Origin: Dicyema japonicum
Taxonomy: Eukaryota > Animalia > Dicyemida
DNA: 64,000 nt
Reading direction: 5' to 3'
Assembly: GCA_011109175.1 (NCBI GenBank)
Contig: RDEW01000001.1
Span: forward strand, 2,111,485 to 2,175,484
The translations under genes were made by a program, and so were the position numbers. The notes under the pieces were generated by a model, which saw only the letters and a list, made by a program, of their open reading frames with translations, was not told where the DNA came from and made no database searches. Each line of letters begins with the position of its first letter. Position 1 is the stretch's first letter. Below, piece by piece: positions 1-13,436 of the stretch.

Positions 1-680
1 CGGAGTGCAGATTCAAGGTATATGGTGAATAGTAAAGGGGAGAAGGAATTACCCTGGTGTGTCCCAATCGTTGTTTTGAAACTGCGGGAAGTTGCTCCTT
101 CTGTCCTCACAGATAGTTTTGTGTTCGCAAGTAGTAGTCTGATTATCCTAACCGACGATTCATCCAATATTTGCTCAAGCAAATTCATCAGTTTCTGTCT
201 GTTTATTGAGTCGAAAACTCTGGAGAGATCTACTCCAATCTTTTGGTGCGTTTTGCGCAGCGCCATCTGTGGCTCCATATAATGTCTGCCGTAGACCTCC
301 CTTCTCGAAACTCACTTTGACTTGCTGGTAGGTATAGATCCGCCACACCCTTTATCCGGCTTAGTGCAATGTTTGCCAGCATTTTGCGTATCGAATTCAG
401 AAGTATTATCGGGCAAAGATTTTCTACTGGTCCTTTTGATTTGTTCGGTTTTTGTATGGGTATTAATAATCCATTTCCAAGTCCTAGATCGGTATTAGTT
501 TCAAAGACGTCATTTAGGGTTTTTGCAATTGTGTCGCTAAGTTTTTTGTCCTATATTTTAGGAGCTCAGGGCTTATGTTGTCCGACCCAGCACTCTTGTT
601 GTTCTTCAGTTTATTTATCGCTAATTCTACCTCTTCCACTGTGATTGGGATTTTTAGCGCCAAACTATAATGCGAGTCAA
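1..680 (-). mobile_element. RTE-clade non-LTR retrotransposon RT fragment (frameshifted, runs off window start)
   Basis: Minus-strand translation: ITVEEVELAINKLKNNKSAGSDNISPELLK, then frameshift to LLIPIQKPNKSKGPVENLCPIILLNSIRK...GTPQGNSFSPLLFTIYLE (RT motifs typical of RTE). Confidence 0.85.
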
Positions 681-849
681 TATCGAGTTGGAGGACGCTC
701 ACGGGGCAGAATGGCCATCACTAGGAAAAATGTCAAATACACCCAAACTTACTCATGAAACATTATGCTACAATCAGTTTCCAAACATTCTCAAAACAAC
801 TGGACACCAAGTTTAAAAAATCGAAGAAAAAGCAATACCAGGAACTATT

Positions 850-1590
850 TTCAAAAAAAGGTTTCAGAAGGTATCAACAAACTGAAAAACTGATGAGCAT
901 GTGGCCCAAACAGGTGTCTTCAAATCCATCTGAAACACTTGAGTAACTACGCATTTTCTTACCTAACGGAAATTTTTTATCTGTCCGTTAAATGGAACAT
1001 TATCCTAAATATGGAAGAATTCGCTCATCACTCCAATTCATAAGGTTGGAAAACAAAAAGGAGATCGCAGTCATACAGACCAATTCATTGACCTCTACTA
1101 TATCAAAAGTGTTGGAAAAGTTGGTCCTATCTAAAAATTACTCTTTCCCTAACTCAACCTAATTTCCACCACAGATTCTGTTCTGGAAGATCAACCACGA
1201 CTTTGTTATTAACGCTTTCGCAATTTATTGCGGATGGTTTCAACACTACCCCAAAACACATGCGGACGACAATGGTCTCGAGCGACATAAATAAGGCGTT
1301 GACTCGGTATCGAGGAAACATTTAATTGGAAAAAACTTTGATTCAAAAATTCGCCCTAACTTGAAGCTATGATTGGTCAATTTTTTATCTGGAAAACGTG
1401 GGAGGGTCATCTGTAACCACCTCAGATTACGTTTACTACCAAACGGAGTTCCCCAAGGTTCGCCTTTGTCCCTCACTCTATTCAACCTTTTCCTCCACTA
1501 CTTGCCAGTAGACATTGACAAGGACATCCTACGCTTTTTTATGCTGACGATATTATCACTGCAACAAGAAGCAGTTCGACGTCAGAAGTA
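850..1590 (+). mobile_element. Degenerate I-group LINE RT fragment (related to element at 60310-62750)
   Basis: Broken frames give WKNSLITPIHK..SYRPI, WLVNFLSGKRGRV, LPNGVPQGSPLSLTLFNLFL and a frameshifted YADD. Confidence 0.85.
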
Positions 1591-1639
1591 GTCTCACTCG
1601 CACATAAGAAAAAAGATTTCCAAACTTTCTCTTATTTTT

Positions 1640-2330
1640 TTGCATTGTTCCTGATCTTTCTTTCTAATGTACGAATTCTCAATCTTGTTTCCCAGGATTT
1701 TTTTGGAGGCTTTTTAGGTAATTTCTTTCTTTTATGAGTGGATCGGCTCCGGGGTAAGAATTCTTTCTTGAGGTCAGTGGCCTTCTTTTAATACAAATTT
1801 TTATTCCCTCGCGTACCACTCTATTAAAGTAGTGCTTTATCGATGTTGAAATTGGATAAATGAAAGTCAAGTAGATAATAGTCGACAAAATTTGAGAAAT
1901 TTTTCCAGTCGACATAAAACAGATTTCTTTACAATTGACACTCTTCCTTCAAACGTAATCATAACGGGATTATGGTCACTGCTGGTCTCGTATAGCGCTG
2001 TCCATTTTGTTAATGTGAGGCAAGAGTGAGATCGGGGGACGATGTCCTGTCATTCGCTCTATAGGGAGTCCTTGTATTGAATGTAGGGTTGTTTAATATT
2101 ATCAGGTCATCCAGATTCGATAACAATTGTTTCCTCTGACATCGCATGGTTGGTTCTTGATCCATGTCGGATGCTTTGCATTTAGGTCTCCACAAAGTAA
2201 CATATTTTTTGATTTGTCGATGTCTGACAGGGAGAACCTGAATTCCTTGGGGCGTGAGGAACCTTTCTCCAAGCTACGTAGAACCTGAATTCCTTGGGGC
2301 ATGAGAAACCTTTTTCACACCAAATAGGAA
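1640..2330 (-). mobile_element. LINE APE-endonuclease/linker fragment
   Basis: LLCGDLNAKHPTW and LIILNNPTFNTRT...SSPDLTL (APE motifs) in ORFs 2102-2302 and 2010-2195. A local imperfect tandem duplication (gaacctgaattccttgggg...aagctacgta) at about 2233-2350 marks the break. Confidence 0.8.
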
Positions 2331-2937
2331 CCTTTTCCTAAGCTACGTAGTAAAAGCATTACTGTCGTTAATATTGGAGAAATTAATGTTTGAAAGAGCC
2401 CGATTTCCTCATACTAATTCGAGCTTTACGCACAATTTCCCAATTGGCCAGAATGTTAAAACAATGAATCTATGCAAACGCAGGAAAAGTGAGTCAGTCA
2501 TATCCACTTGGTAAGCAGTTGCTTCCTGAGAAGACTTTTCATCACTTCAATTAGGAATATCTTTAACGTTCTTAACAGTATTCTTTTCAAAGGACTTTCC
2601 AAACACTTTTGTCAGACACGACTTTTGTTGTTTCAATAATGTTCTTTTTTAGATGCTTTAATCACAACATGCATAACTACAAACTAGAAAATAAATCATG
2701 TGTTTCTTTATAAAATCGATTTACTATAAAATTTTGTGTTTTAAAGTAAGAGTTCTTTAGCTGTCACTTTTAATGTTAATGACTATTTTTATAATCAGAT
2801 TGTCAGTTCTAATCATCAGCTGACTGAGAGAGATGAATTTGATGATAATAGAATATACTTGAGTGTAAAATTATATTGAATTGTCAGTGGTGGCGATATT
2901 TTTGTTTATAAATTAATGTAGCGTATAAAATTACAAT

Positions 2938-3178
2938 ATGAGAATTATGACCACTGAAATGCTCATCATGGATAAACCAGAGTATGTCAATCAGAGACTA
3001 ATTGACGAAATTGTAGAGATTTTATGGTATTTGGCCAGAGACTTTGACAAAACAATGTTAGAGGAGGTTATGATTTTGTACATTTTAGAAAGCTCGCAAC
3101 AAAAGAAACAAAGAAATGATAATATTTGTGATTCTTTTTGTTATTTACTTATTCTTCTCAGGTTATATAATTTTTTAA
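2938..3178 (+). CDS. Candidate small tail-anchored membrane protein (2 exons, 22-nt intron 3067-3088)
   Basis: Removing the GT-AG intron gttatgattttgtacattttag gives MRIMTTEMLIMDKPEYVNQRLIDEIVEILWYLARDFDKTMLEE|KARNKRNKEMIIFVILFVIYLFFSGYIIF*: a basic patch followed by a C-terminal hydrophobic helix. No family recognised. Confidence 0.5.
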
Positions 3179-3882
3179 TTTTGTTTTTCTTAAATTTGAC
3201 AGATTGCTCTTTATAAATTAAATTTTGACACAATTACTCATTTTCTGTTATTTTTAAGTACAAAAGTAATGACTGAGATGAAATCTATATTATATTTCAT
3301 TTTATTGTTAAACCAAGAGCATTCATTAAGTTTTAACCATTTATTCCCGCCTATTTAAAAAATATGTAATTGTCATTTATAACCATTGACCTGTAATGAA
3401 TTCTTAGGGTTGTCAAAGTCACATTTTAAGTTGTCTTACTTGTTGTTGATGTTAATTATAAATTTCAAATTTTATTTTCAAACAATAATAGATATAACTA
3501 CTATGTTAAACTTGTGAAAACATAAGTACAGAATAGATTATTTTATTTCAATCAAACTCAAAAATTAAAGTATAAAAATAATCAAAAAGTCAGGAAATTA
3601 TGTTTAAACTGTGACTGGTTGGTCAATCAATATGAGACATTAATTATCTATACATGTACTAACTGTTCGGTATCATATAGTACAACCATATTTTGGTAGT
3701 ATTTTGGACAATTTGATGACATATCTTTTTGATCTACCAAGAAATTCAACTATTTGCTTCTTTCTTATTTTCATAGAATCTTTGAAGGGCATATATTAAG
3801 AATTGTTCAATGCTAGCTGTATAAACACACAAGAACATAGCCGAATCAGATGATTTTAACATCGCCATAGTTTTCATGTGAT

Positions 3883-5545
3883 ATTATTATTATTTAAGCC
3901 AAAGAAACACCGTCTTAACCACTAACTAATATTCAGGTGATCTTGGCATCTCTCAAAATCGGCCATTTTTTTCGATGCTCCGATAGTGACCCCACACATT
4001 TTTTATACGGACGGGGTCTTTTTCCTCCTCTTTTGAAATTGCCTTCAGTTGTCTCCATGATAGACTCGAGTGTTCTGGGGGCAATTTCTCTATTCGTATA
4101 TTTCTAGTAAATTTTGCTCTTGACTGGATCTCTTGAATTTTTTAGGTTCGTTGCCGCCAGGTTAGATCATGCAGCACATGTATAGCCTATTGTTGGCTCG
4201 ATACTGCTTGTAGAGAGTCCCGAAACCTGGCGGATAAATTCCTCCACAGTTCCAAAGGAAGACTTTTACAAAATTGATCTTCTTTTCACAGGTTGATATG
4301 ATAGATTCCACATGGGCTGAGAAGAAGAGGAAAGTATCAAAAGTTACTCCCAGTATCTTCTGCGATGTCTTTTGTAATATAGGTACTCCAATTAACGTGA
4401 CATTAATTGTTTACGTTCCCATCTTTGTATTCTTAGTAAATAGAGTGACTGCTGACTTCCCGGAACATGAATTTAATCGATTTTCGCACAACCATTCATA
4501 TATGTTATTTAGTATTCCTTGTAATCTTTCTTTAGCATGTTCGACGTTTAAGGTACGACAACTATGTCATCGGCATAAGAAAGTGCACGTCATTATTATT
4601 CATAGGAACGGGAGATCATTCAGAAACAAATTAAAGAGGATTGGTGACAAAGGAGATCCCCGGGGTACACCATTGGGTAACAATCTCGATCTGGAACACT
4701 TGTTTCCGAAGCACTCTTTTCCTCGGCGTTTACTTAAGAAATTAGCTATCCACAACTTTAGTGGTGCAGCAATTTTTGTATTGATGATTGATCTTACTTG
4801 GGACAGAGTCGAATGCTTTTTGAATGTCGATTGTACATATGACCGATTTTTCCTGTTTTGGCTTGTTCAGTTATGAACTTCATTAGTGTTGTTAGGAAGG
4901 AGGTTGTTGATAATCCTTTTGAAGCCATGTTGGAATGTAGGTTGTGGGAGAAGGGCGAATAACTTTTAGGACCGGTTTTCCAGGATCCTCGACAATAAAC
5001 ATATAAGGGAGACTGGTCTGTAAGAGCCGGGATCGTTCTTCGGTTTTCCCGGTTCCAATATTGGACGATTTTTTGATAGTTTCCATAAAGTCGGTATGGT
5101 ATTTATGTTTAGCGATGTGTTGTAGATGATTGTCAATGCATTTATTGATGCTGGGCCCAAGTGTTTCAGCAGAATAAAAGGAATTCCGTCTGGGCCACAT
5201 GAGTTTGTTTTTTTCTGATTTGATATTGCTTTGGATACATCTTTAGGAAGAAAATAAGTCAGCTGGGCCACTTTGGATGGCTTTCTCTTTAATTTCGTTT
5301 GTGTTAATCTTTTTATAAGGAATGTGACTGATTCGGATACAATGTTTCATAATTTATTCAGATTGAGCTGGCATTGTTCTTTGTTATATTTGTATTCTGG
5401 GTTCTTCAGTTGGAAATTGAGGTCTGATTATTCATGGCAACAGAGATTCGCATGAGTTTCTTCCTTCGGATGTTGTTCGTGTTTTTCGTGATCAGAATGT
5501 TTAGTGCCCTGATTCGATTAATAACCTTTCGATTAATAACTTTTC
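3883..5545 (-). mobile_element. I-group (Ingi/Vingi-like) LINE, 3' two-thirds with (TAA)n tail; same family as 22916-25205
   Basis: RT motifs SCGPDGIPFILLKHL, SYRPVSLICLLSRILE, LPNGVPRGSPLSP, YADD, ILGVTFD. The 3' end reads cggtgtttctttggctt(aaat)aataataat at about 3883-3912. Near-colinear with 24000-25205. Confidence 0.9.
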
Positions 5546-5870
5546 CTCAGGAAATTCTCATCAAGGAGTACTCCGAGAGACGAGCAGATGTGGCTTCCAG
5601 TGAGGCCCCATTTCAACAATACAAGGCCGACATGATACCTGCAATCCGGTGTTGGTTACCTCATGGTCCAATGACAGCTGAGTTCTTGCGAGAACTCGGA
5701 GGATTGCTTGCCAGAAAGAAAAGGGATCAACGAGAAGGGTTATGGCTAAGACAAAAGATCGGAATAGCCATACTCCGAGGGAACTCGTTCGCAATCCACG
5801 CAGCAGGCTTCCTCAACTGACATTTGTTTAATTGTTAAAAAAAATTTTTGTTTAAAAAAATAAATAAATA
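5546..5870 (+). mobile_element. CRE-clade (restriction-like endonuclease) retrotransposon 3' end
   Basis: C-terminus FLRELGGLLARKKRDQREGLWLRQKIGIAILRGNSFAI matches the end of the CRE element at 36437-37039; A-rich tail follows TGA at 5818-5820. Confidence 0.85.
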
Positions 5871-6479
5871 ATTTTTTAATTAAAAAAACTGAAAAAAATT
5901 GAACTCGGAAAATCATCAGCCGAGGCATGTAAAAAAATAAGCCTTAAGGATAATTTATTCTGATCAAGCATGGAATAAGCTAAATAGTACAACTATAATA
6001 AACTGTTTTCGACATCCTAAATGGACCAAAGATTTTATTGAAGAAATTAATGACGAGTTTTAGCCTGAAACTTATCAAGAATTCGTGTCAAGACTGCAAA
6101 TAAATGATCCAATTCCAGAAGATGAGTTTCTTCTTTATGATATATAGAGAATGAAGAGATCCTAGAAAATTTGGATGAAAATGATGAAGACAAAGAATCG
6201 TTTAGACTATGCTGTCTATAGATTCAGGAAGAACTTTAAACAGAAGGATGAAGTTAACTTAAATGTCTTCGATCCCCTTGATGATGTTAGTAGAAGCATC
6301 AAAACGAACATTAAAACAAGAATAACTGATTATTTTAAAGGAAATTAATGTTTTCATGTTTTAATTAGTCTTTAAAATAAAAAAGTGCATTTTATTAATT
6401 TATAAAAAATCAAATTTGCCTTTCGAATCCGCCGTAATTTCCCAGGTCCCAAATTTGGCGGATTAGAGAGGTTTAACTA
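5870..6479 (+). mobile_element. pogo/Tigger-like DNA transposon 3' remnant with right TIR
   Basis: Decayed DDE_1 C-terminal sequence (AWNKLNSTTIINCF); terminal ggcggattagagaggtttaacta followed by TA at 6480-6481. Confidence 0.65.
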
Positions 6480-7196
6480 TATCTCTATTGAATATTCTAT
6501 TTATCTGTCTTAACGAATCCCCTCAGAGTTCTCGATTAGGACGGCTGTTCTTTCACTTGTAACTCGTAATATATTTTATCTTAGAAATTAAGAAGTGTTT
6601 ATTATTATAAATGAATCAGATGTAATCAACCTGCTATATACTCTTGGTCTTGTTGGAAGTATTCATAAGTCAGGCACTTATTTCTACTCCAAATTGGGTG
6701 TTATTTGCCAAACTCTCTATGTACATAGTTATCAGTCACGAAAATCTTTGATTATTAAATTTCATAATAGCTGGTACCAATTCTATTATTTTAAACTGGA
6801 AAACATTAAAAATGTTATATCCGGGCTCATCCCACGTTAACCGTTGTTCACATTTAATTCATAATTGTGCATTGAATACATTATACACGTGTTAATAAAG
6901 TCCTACTTTGAAAAACAAATCTTGACAAAATATATTTATCGATATTGGCAACCTCCAGATGTAATCTACACTAGATTCGCCTTAATATTTAAAGATGGGA
7001 AAGTTTACTCAAAACCATAAATAATAATGCACATTCGCTACAATAATATAGTTAATCAATTGACGTTGTGACCGCATCCCGGATAATTTTTGCCGTCAGA
7101 CGCCTCCACGCTCCTTCTGAGATTGCAATTTTTCGGAGGTCGTCTAAGTCATCAAGGTTTTCCAGTCGCATTTTGCATTTATAGGTCGTTATTTAA

Positions 7197-9245
<2,049 letters not shown>

Positions 9246-11784
9246 GTCTACGTCATCCGCGTAAATTAGTTCTGTGATCGAAGTCGGTCCAGTTTTGGCT
9301 TGTAGGTCCCGAAGGGCGGCTTCCTGATAGACAACAAATAGTAGTGGCGATAAAGAATCTCCTTGAGGAGTGCCAATATGTGTCTCAAATTTACGGGATC
9401 GCTCTGAACCGACCCAGACTTGTACTTCAGTGTCCGCAAGTAGGACCCGGATCATCCTTTGACTGTCCTCGTCCAGCAACGTACCAAGTAACAACACTAG
9501 TATATTTCCGTGTGCAGTATCGAACGCTCATGAGAGATCAGTATGTGAACAGCCTTTTGGAATCTCTGCCTCATGGCACATATCCATCTATGTGTCCATC
9601 CGATATCCGCCGTGGATCTTTCTCTTCTAAAACCACTTTAACCCAGAGACAGATATTCGTCAACAGTGGGAGAAATCCTCTCCAGAACAATCAGAGATAG
9701 TAGTTTCTGTAGGGTTGTTAGAAAGATTATGGGCCTGAGATTTTTTACCGACCGGCTTCCCAGGTTTCTGTATAGGTATCAGAATTCCGTGCCCTAGTGG
9801 GACATTTTATGTGTTTTATAAAAATGTCTTTAAGCATGCTGCATAGGTGATAGACCAGTGAGGGCGGCAAATGTTTCAGAAGTTCCCCGTTGATACCGTC
9901 AATGCCCTGACTCCAATTGTTGTTCAGTTTTTGCAGACCCGTTTGTATCTCCGCCACCATAATTGGCGTAGTCAAAGATCTGGGGTGTCCGAAAAATTGA
10001 GTTATACGTTTGTGGAAGAGCGATTTAAAGTAATCAGCAATATTCTTTGCAATTTCTTTTTCGTCTTCCATTTTTGTCATTCACAATAAATCCTTTAGGT
10101 TTATCCGCTCTGTTTAAAAGCCGGATTGCTCTGAACATTTTCGACCCAAAATTAAGTTCCTCAACCTCCTCTGCGTACTGTTCAAGTTCTTTTCGTGGAG
10201 CAAGCGTATTCTTTTCTTTCCGTAGGATAGAGTTCCTTTTTTCTTTTAATAATGTATTCTCAACCCAGAGTCTCAATTTTTTGCTTTCTCGATAGAAAGT
10301 CTCTCTGTTTATCGTATCTACGATTGTAGCCTTCTTGAGACATCTTTCAATAGTGACCAGGCAATATTTCCAAAGTCCGTTAGATATTGCAGCCCATGCT
10401 AACTCAGGGGGCCTCTCATGTCCAATTTTGAGACGAAGTCGTCCACTTCATCAGTGAAACTCTTGCGGGTGACGATATTTGTGCTCAGACTTTCCATCTC
10501 TAATCTTCCAGAGTTGTGTTTGTTTTCTCTTGATCACTCCGACTCAATAGAATAGTGCCTCTATAAGATCGAGAAATCATAAGCATGCACTTGAATTCAC
10601 GCTCACACAGTATATAATCAATTTGATTGTAAATCGGGACTATCTCACCATTTAGATTTTTTATCTGTCCGACCCATGTCGTCATGTGCCTTGCTGGGTG
10701 TTTGAGCGCGTGTTGCACAGAAAGAGGTCAAATGCATAGCAGAATCTTGCGAGTGCAGTACCATTAGAATTTCTCTTCCCTCTATTGTGGGTTCCAATGA
10801 AATTTTCGTCCATGTATTGCCCAACTTCAGCTGAATGGCAGAGATCCTATCACTTACACTCCAGCATCTGTGAATCGTAATGGCATAACATAGATAGTAG
10901 CGAATCCCTGTCCATAATGTCTTGATTCTGGTAGTATGACTCTGTATTCTCCCATGACTTTATCAAGTCTTCTTTTCACTTTGGTTTCTTGAAGACAGGC
11001 TACAGAAACTTCATAACGAGTGAAGTCTCCGTCAGTTTTGTCCTTTGCAGTGGGGTCGATTCCTCTAACATTGAATGTAATTAGGACGAGTTCTCCAGGG
11101 TGTGTAATAGACATCGTGCACTAAAAAGGACGTCACCTCATCAAAACCATAAAGCGTAGTAGAAATTATAAATGGATTAAAGGACTGCTAGAAAATAAAA
11201 GAAAAGGTAAATGATCATGAAATTAAAAGTGATCTTTTTCAAAAACAGAACTGAGTATTTATTTTGGAATTATTGAATTAATCAGAAGCAAAGGATTTCA
11301 CTATTAATTTTGCCTATCATAAACTTGTGGCATAAAAATAGTGGACCCTGTGAATAAATATTGTCAAAATTACATTTTGGTGATAAATTATCATCATAAT
11401 GAATATGAAAAATGAATGTGTTTCAATTATATCTTTCTTGCCAACTGTTTTAGTTTTTGTATAATTTAATCGATAAATCAAGTTTTTTAGTTGCCATGGT
11501 ATCTTTTTCTAAAAAAATTCATAACTTTTATGTGTTATAAAACTTTCCCTAATTATAATAAACACATAATTACTATATCGTAGATTATCTTTATGTCTTG
11601 AATTATCACAAAAAATTTTCATTTCGTGGTTTTGTAAATTATTAATTTCATTTTTTTAAATTAATGTTAAATCAATTTTTTTTAATTATATTTTATTTGT
11701 GGCTTTATGGTTTCTAAGGAATATTAAACCATTAAGGAAATTGAGACTTTGAAAGCAAAATTATAAAAGTAATATATCATAAAT

Positions 11785-11915
11785 ACGATCTAGATATGCT
11801 ACGGAACATGGCAACGGATCGAAAAAGATGGGCGACGTTAATTAGATTGTTAACTTTCCGTGTTGCACATGCTTTGTCATGATCTTGGCATCGCGTACGT
11901 GCTTATAATAATAAT
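11785..11915 (+). mobile_element. RTE 3'-terminal fragment
   Basis: DLDMLRNMATDRKRW (RTE C-terminal motif) then gtgctt+(ataa)n tail; similar to 37160-37345 and 55101-55496. Confidence 0.7.
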
Positions 11916-11975
11916 ACAAAGAGAATCAATTTTCAATATTTTTTAAATAATAAATTTTAATTATTTTAAAATATC

Positions 11976-12472
11976 ATGTGTGATCAGGTTAAACAATTTA
12001 GTCGTCAGCAAGTCAAAGAACTGTCACAAAATGAAGAGAGTGAAGAAAAGTTGATTATAATACACAACAAAGTATACAATGTAGGATCATATATCGAATC
12101 GGTATTTTTATTTATTAAAGTCTAGCATCCTGGTGGTGCTTTTATTATAGAACAGTACTTTGGTAGATAGATAGCTAATTTAATAGGGGAGGATGCCACC
12201 TCAAACTTTGAAGATATTGGTCACTCAAAGGATGCTGTACATATCCTCAGTACTCTCAAAGTAGGGGAAATTGATAAGGTTTGATGAGACTGACCTCTCA
12301 AGGAGATCACGTGGAATATAATGAGAACATTTTAAGTAGTGTTTATTTACCTGTATTTTCATAAGTTATTTAAGAATACAAACTGGACTCTGATCGGATT
12401 GTTATCTTTTCTTTATATTTTAGAATAGGGGCTATCTGTGTTGCTATATTCTTCTACTTTTACTTAACATAA
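11976..12472 (+). CDS. CYB5: Cytochrome b5, membrane-anchored, with 22-26 nt introns
   Basis: Introns 12102-12125, 12163-12186 and 12279-12302 (24 nt each) and 12401-12423 (23 nt) give IIIHNKVYNV..HPGG..G-EDATSNFEDIGHSKDA..VGEI, with both haem-ligating His motifs, and the C-terminal TM NWTLIGLIGAICVAIFFYFYLT*. The linker exon structure (12303-12375) is ambiguous. Confidence 0.93.
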
Positions 12473-12607
12473 TGCACTTTAATTTTAATGATTTTCCTAA
12501 ATTGATTTTTAAGTTTGTGTCTACATAATTTATTTCGTTAAATAAGTTAATGTTATTAGTGCCTGATATAAAGAAGACTTCTATCTTGGGTTATTATTCA
12601 CTTTACT

Positions 12608-13436
12608 TTAATCCTTCGCTTCTACAATTAATGGGGCTGTATAGGGGGAGTGTCTAACTCCGAAGCTATATCCTGGGGCTGAGGGCTTCACAGAATTTAA
12701 CTAATAGTAAATGGTGACGTCACCTGTTGATGGTAGTAAGCAGCAGGACTGGGTTTCTGAGTTGTATCTGAGGGCATCATATTTCTGCTAGTCATGCTGT
12801 AGACAGGTGCCTTTCCTTTGTAAAGGTTTGGACTTATAGTATTGTAGGCTCCAGGTCCAGGAGTCTATTTTATATAATCTTTTAACATTTTGTAAATCCT
12901 GGTGGAATCCTCCTATTTTACTTTTTGGAGTCATCGAATAAGCAGGAGCCTGTTTGTGGTTGCTTTGGTGGCACTTTCCAATCACAGACGGTAGCATATA
13001 TGCGTTGGAACCTAAATAAAGTTGATTATAGTACCTGGAGTCATGTCTGTAGTTCTGTCCGATCTCTTCAGTCCGAAAGAGTAGGCTGGGGGAGAACGAT
13101 AAATTTTGTTATTCTTTTCAGGAGCGTAGAGACCAGGTCCAGGTGTTTTATCAAGTGACCATTCTTTTGAACGGGAAGAAAGAGAAAACTTTGGTGTTCC
13201 ATCTTTACCTGTCTTTGAAATACTCGGATCAGGGTAATAACAAGGTCCAGGACTTTGTGACAAAGTCGATTGGTTGTATTTCCAGCAAAACTATAGCATG
13301 GTGCTTTTGAATGAACACTTCTAAAATCATGTTGATTTGTTCCAAGTAAAGAGGGAAGGGGATATTTTGGTCCAGGACTTGGAAACATAGCTGCTATTGG
13401 TCCACGTGGTACAGTCGGCTTATAATTAGATCCCAT
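12608..13436 (-). CDS. ODF3: ODF3/SHIPPO1-like PGP-repeat ciliary protein (3 introns; one apparent 1-nt deletion)
   Basis: PRGPIAA..SPGPKY, SPGPCY, TPGPGLY, TPG|SNAYMLP, GGFHQDLQN|TPGPGAY, FGVRHSPYTAPLIVE*. Introns are 13012-13034 (23 nt), 12865-12886 (22 nt) and 12701-12723 (23 nt). One extra base in the run at 13262-13264 restores the frame. Confidence 0.9.

Noticed and set aside
3240-3880. Possible minus-strand micro-intron gene (..KQIVEFLGRSKRYVIKLSK..)
   Set aside because: Could not assemble a consistent exon chain or recognise a family.
4274-4876. 200-aa plus-strand ORF (and many similar ORF-track entries, e.g. 24385-24696, 35907-36599, 36083-36424, 62267-62740)
   Set aside because: Antisense or off-frame shadows of retrotransposon coding sequence.
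6481-7060. Possible host exons between the pogo and RTE elements
   Set aside because: No consistent reading frame or homology.
11200-11700. Possible gene divergent from cytochrome b5
   Set aside because: GT-AG pairs exist, but frames close quickly and the DNA is low-complexity AT-rich.
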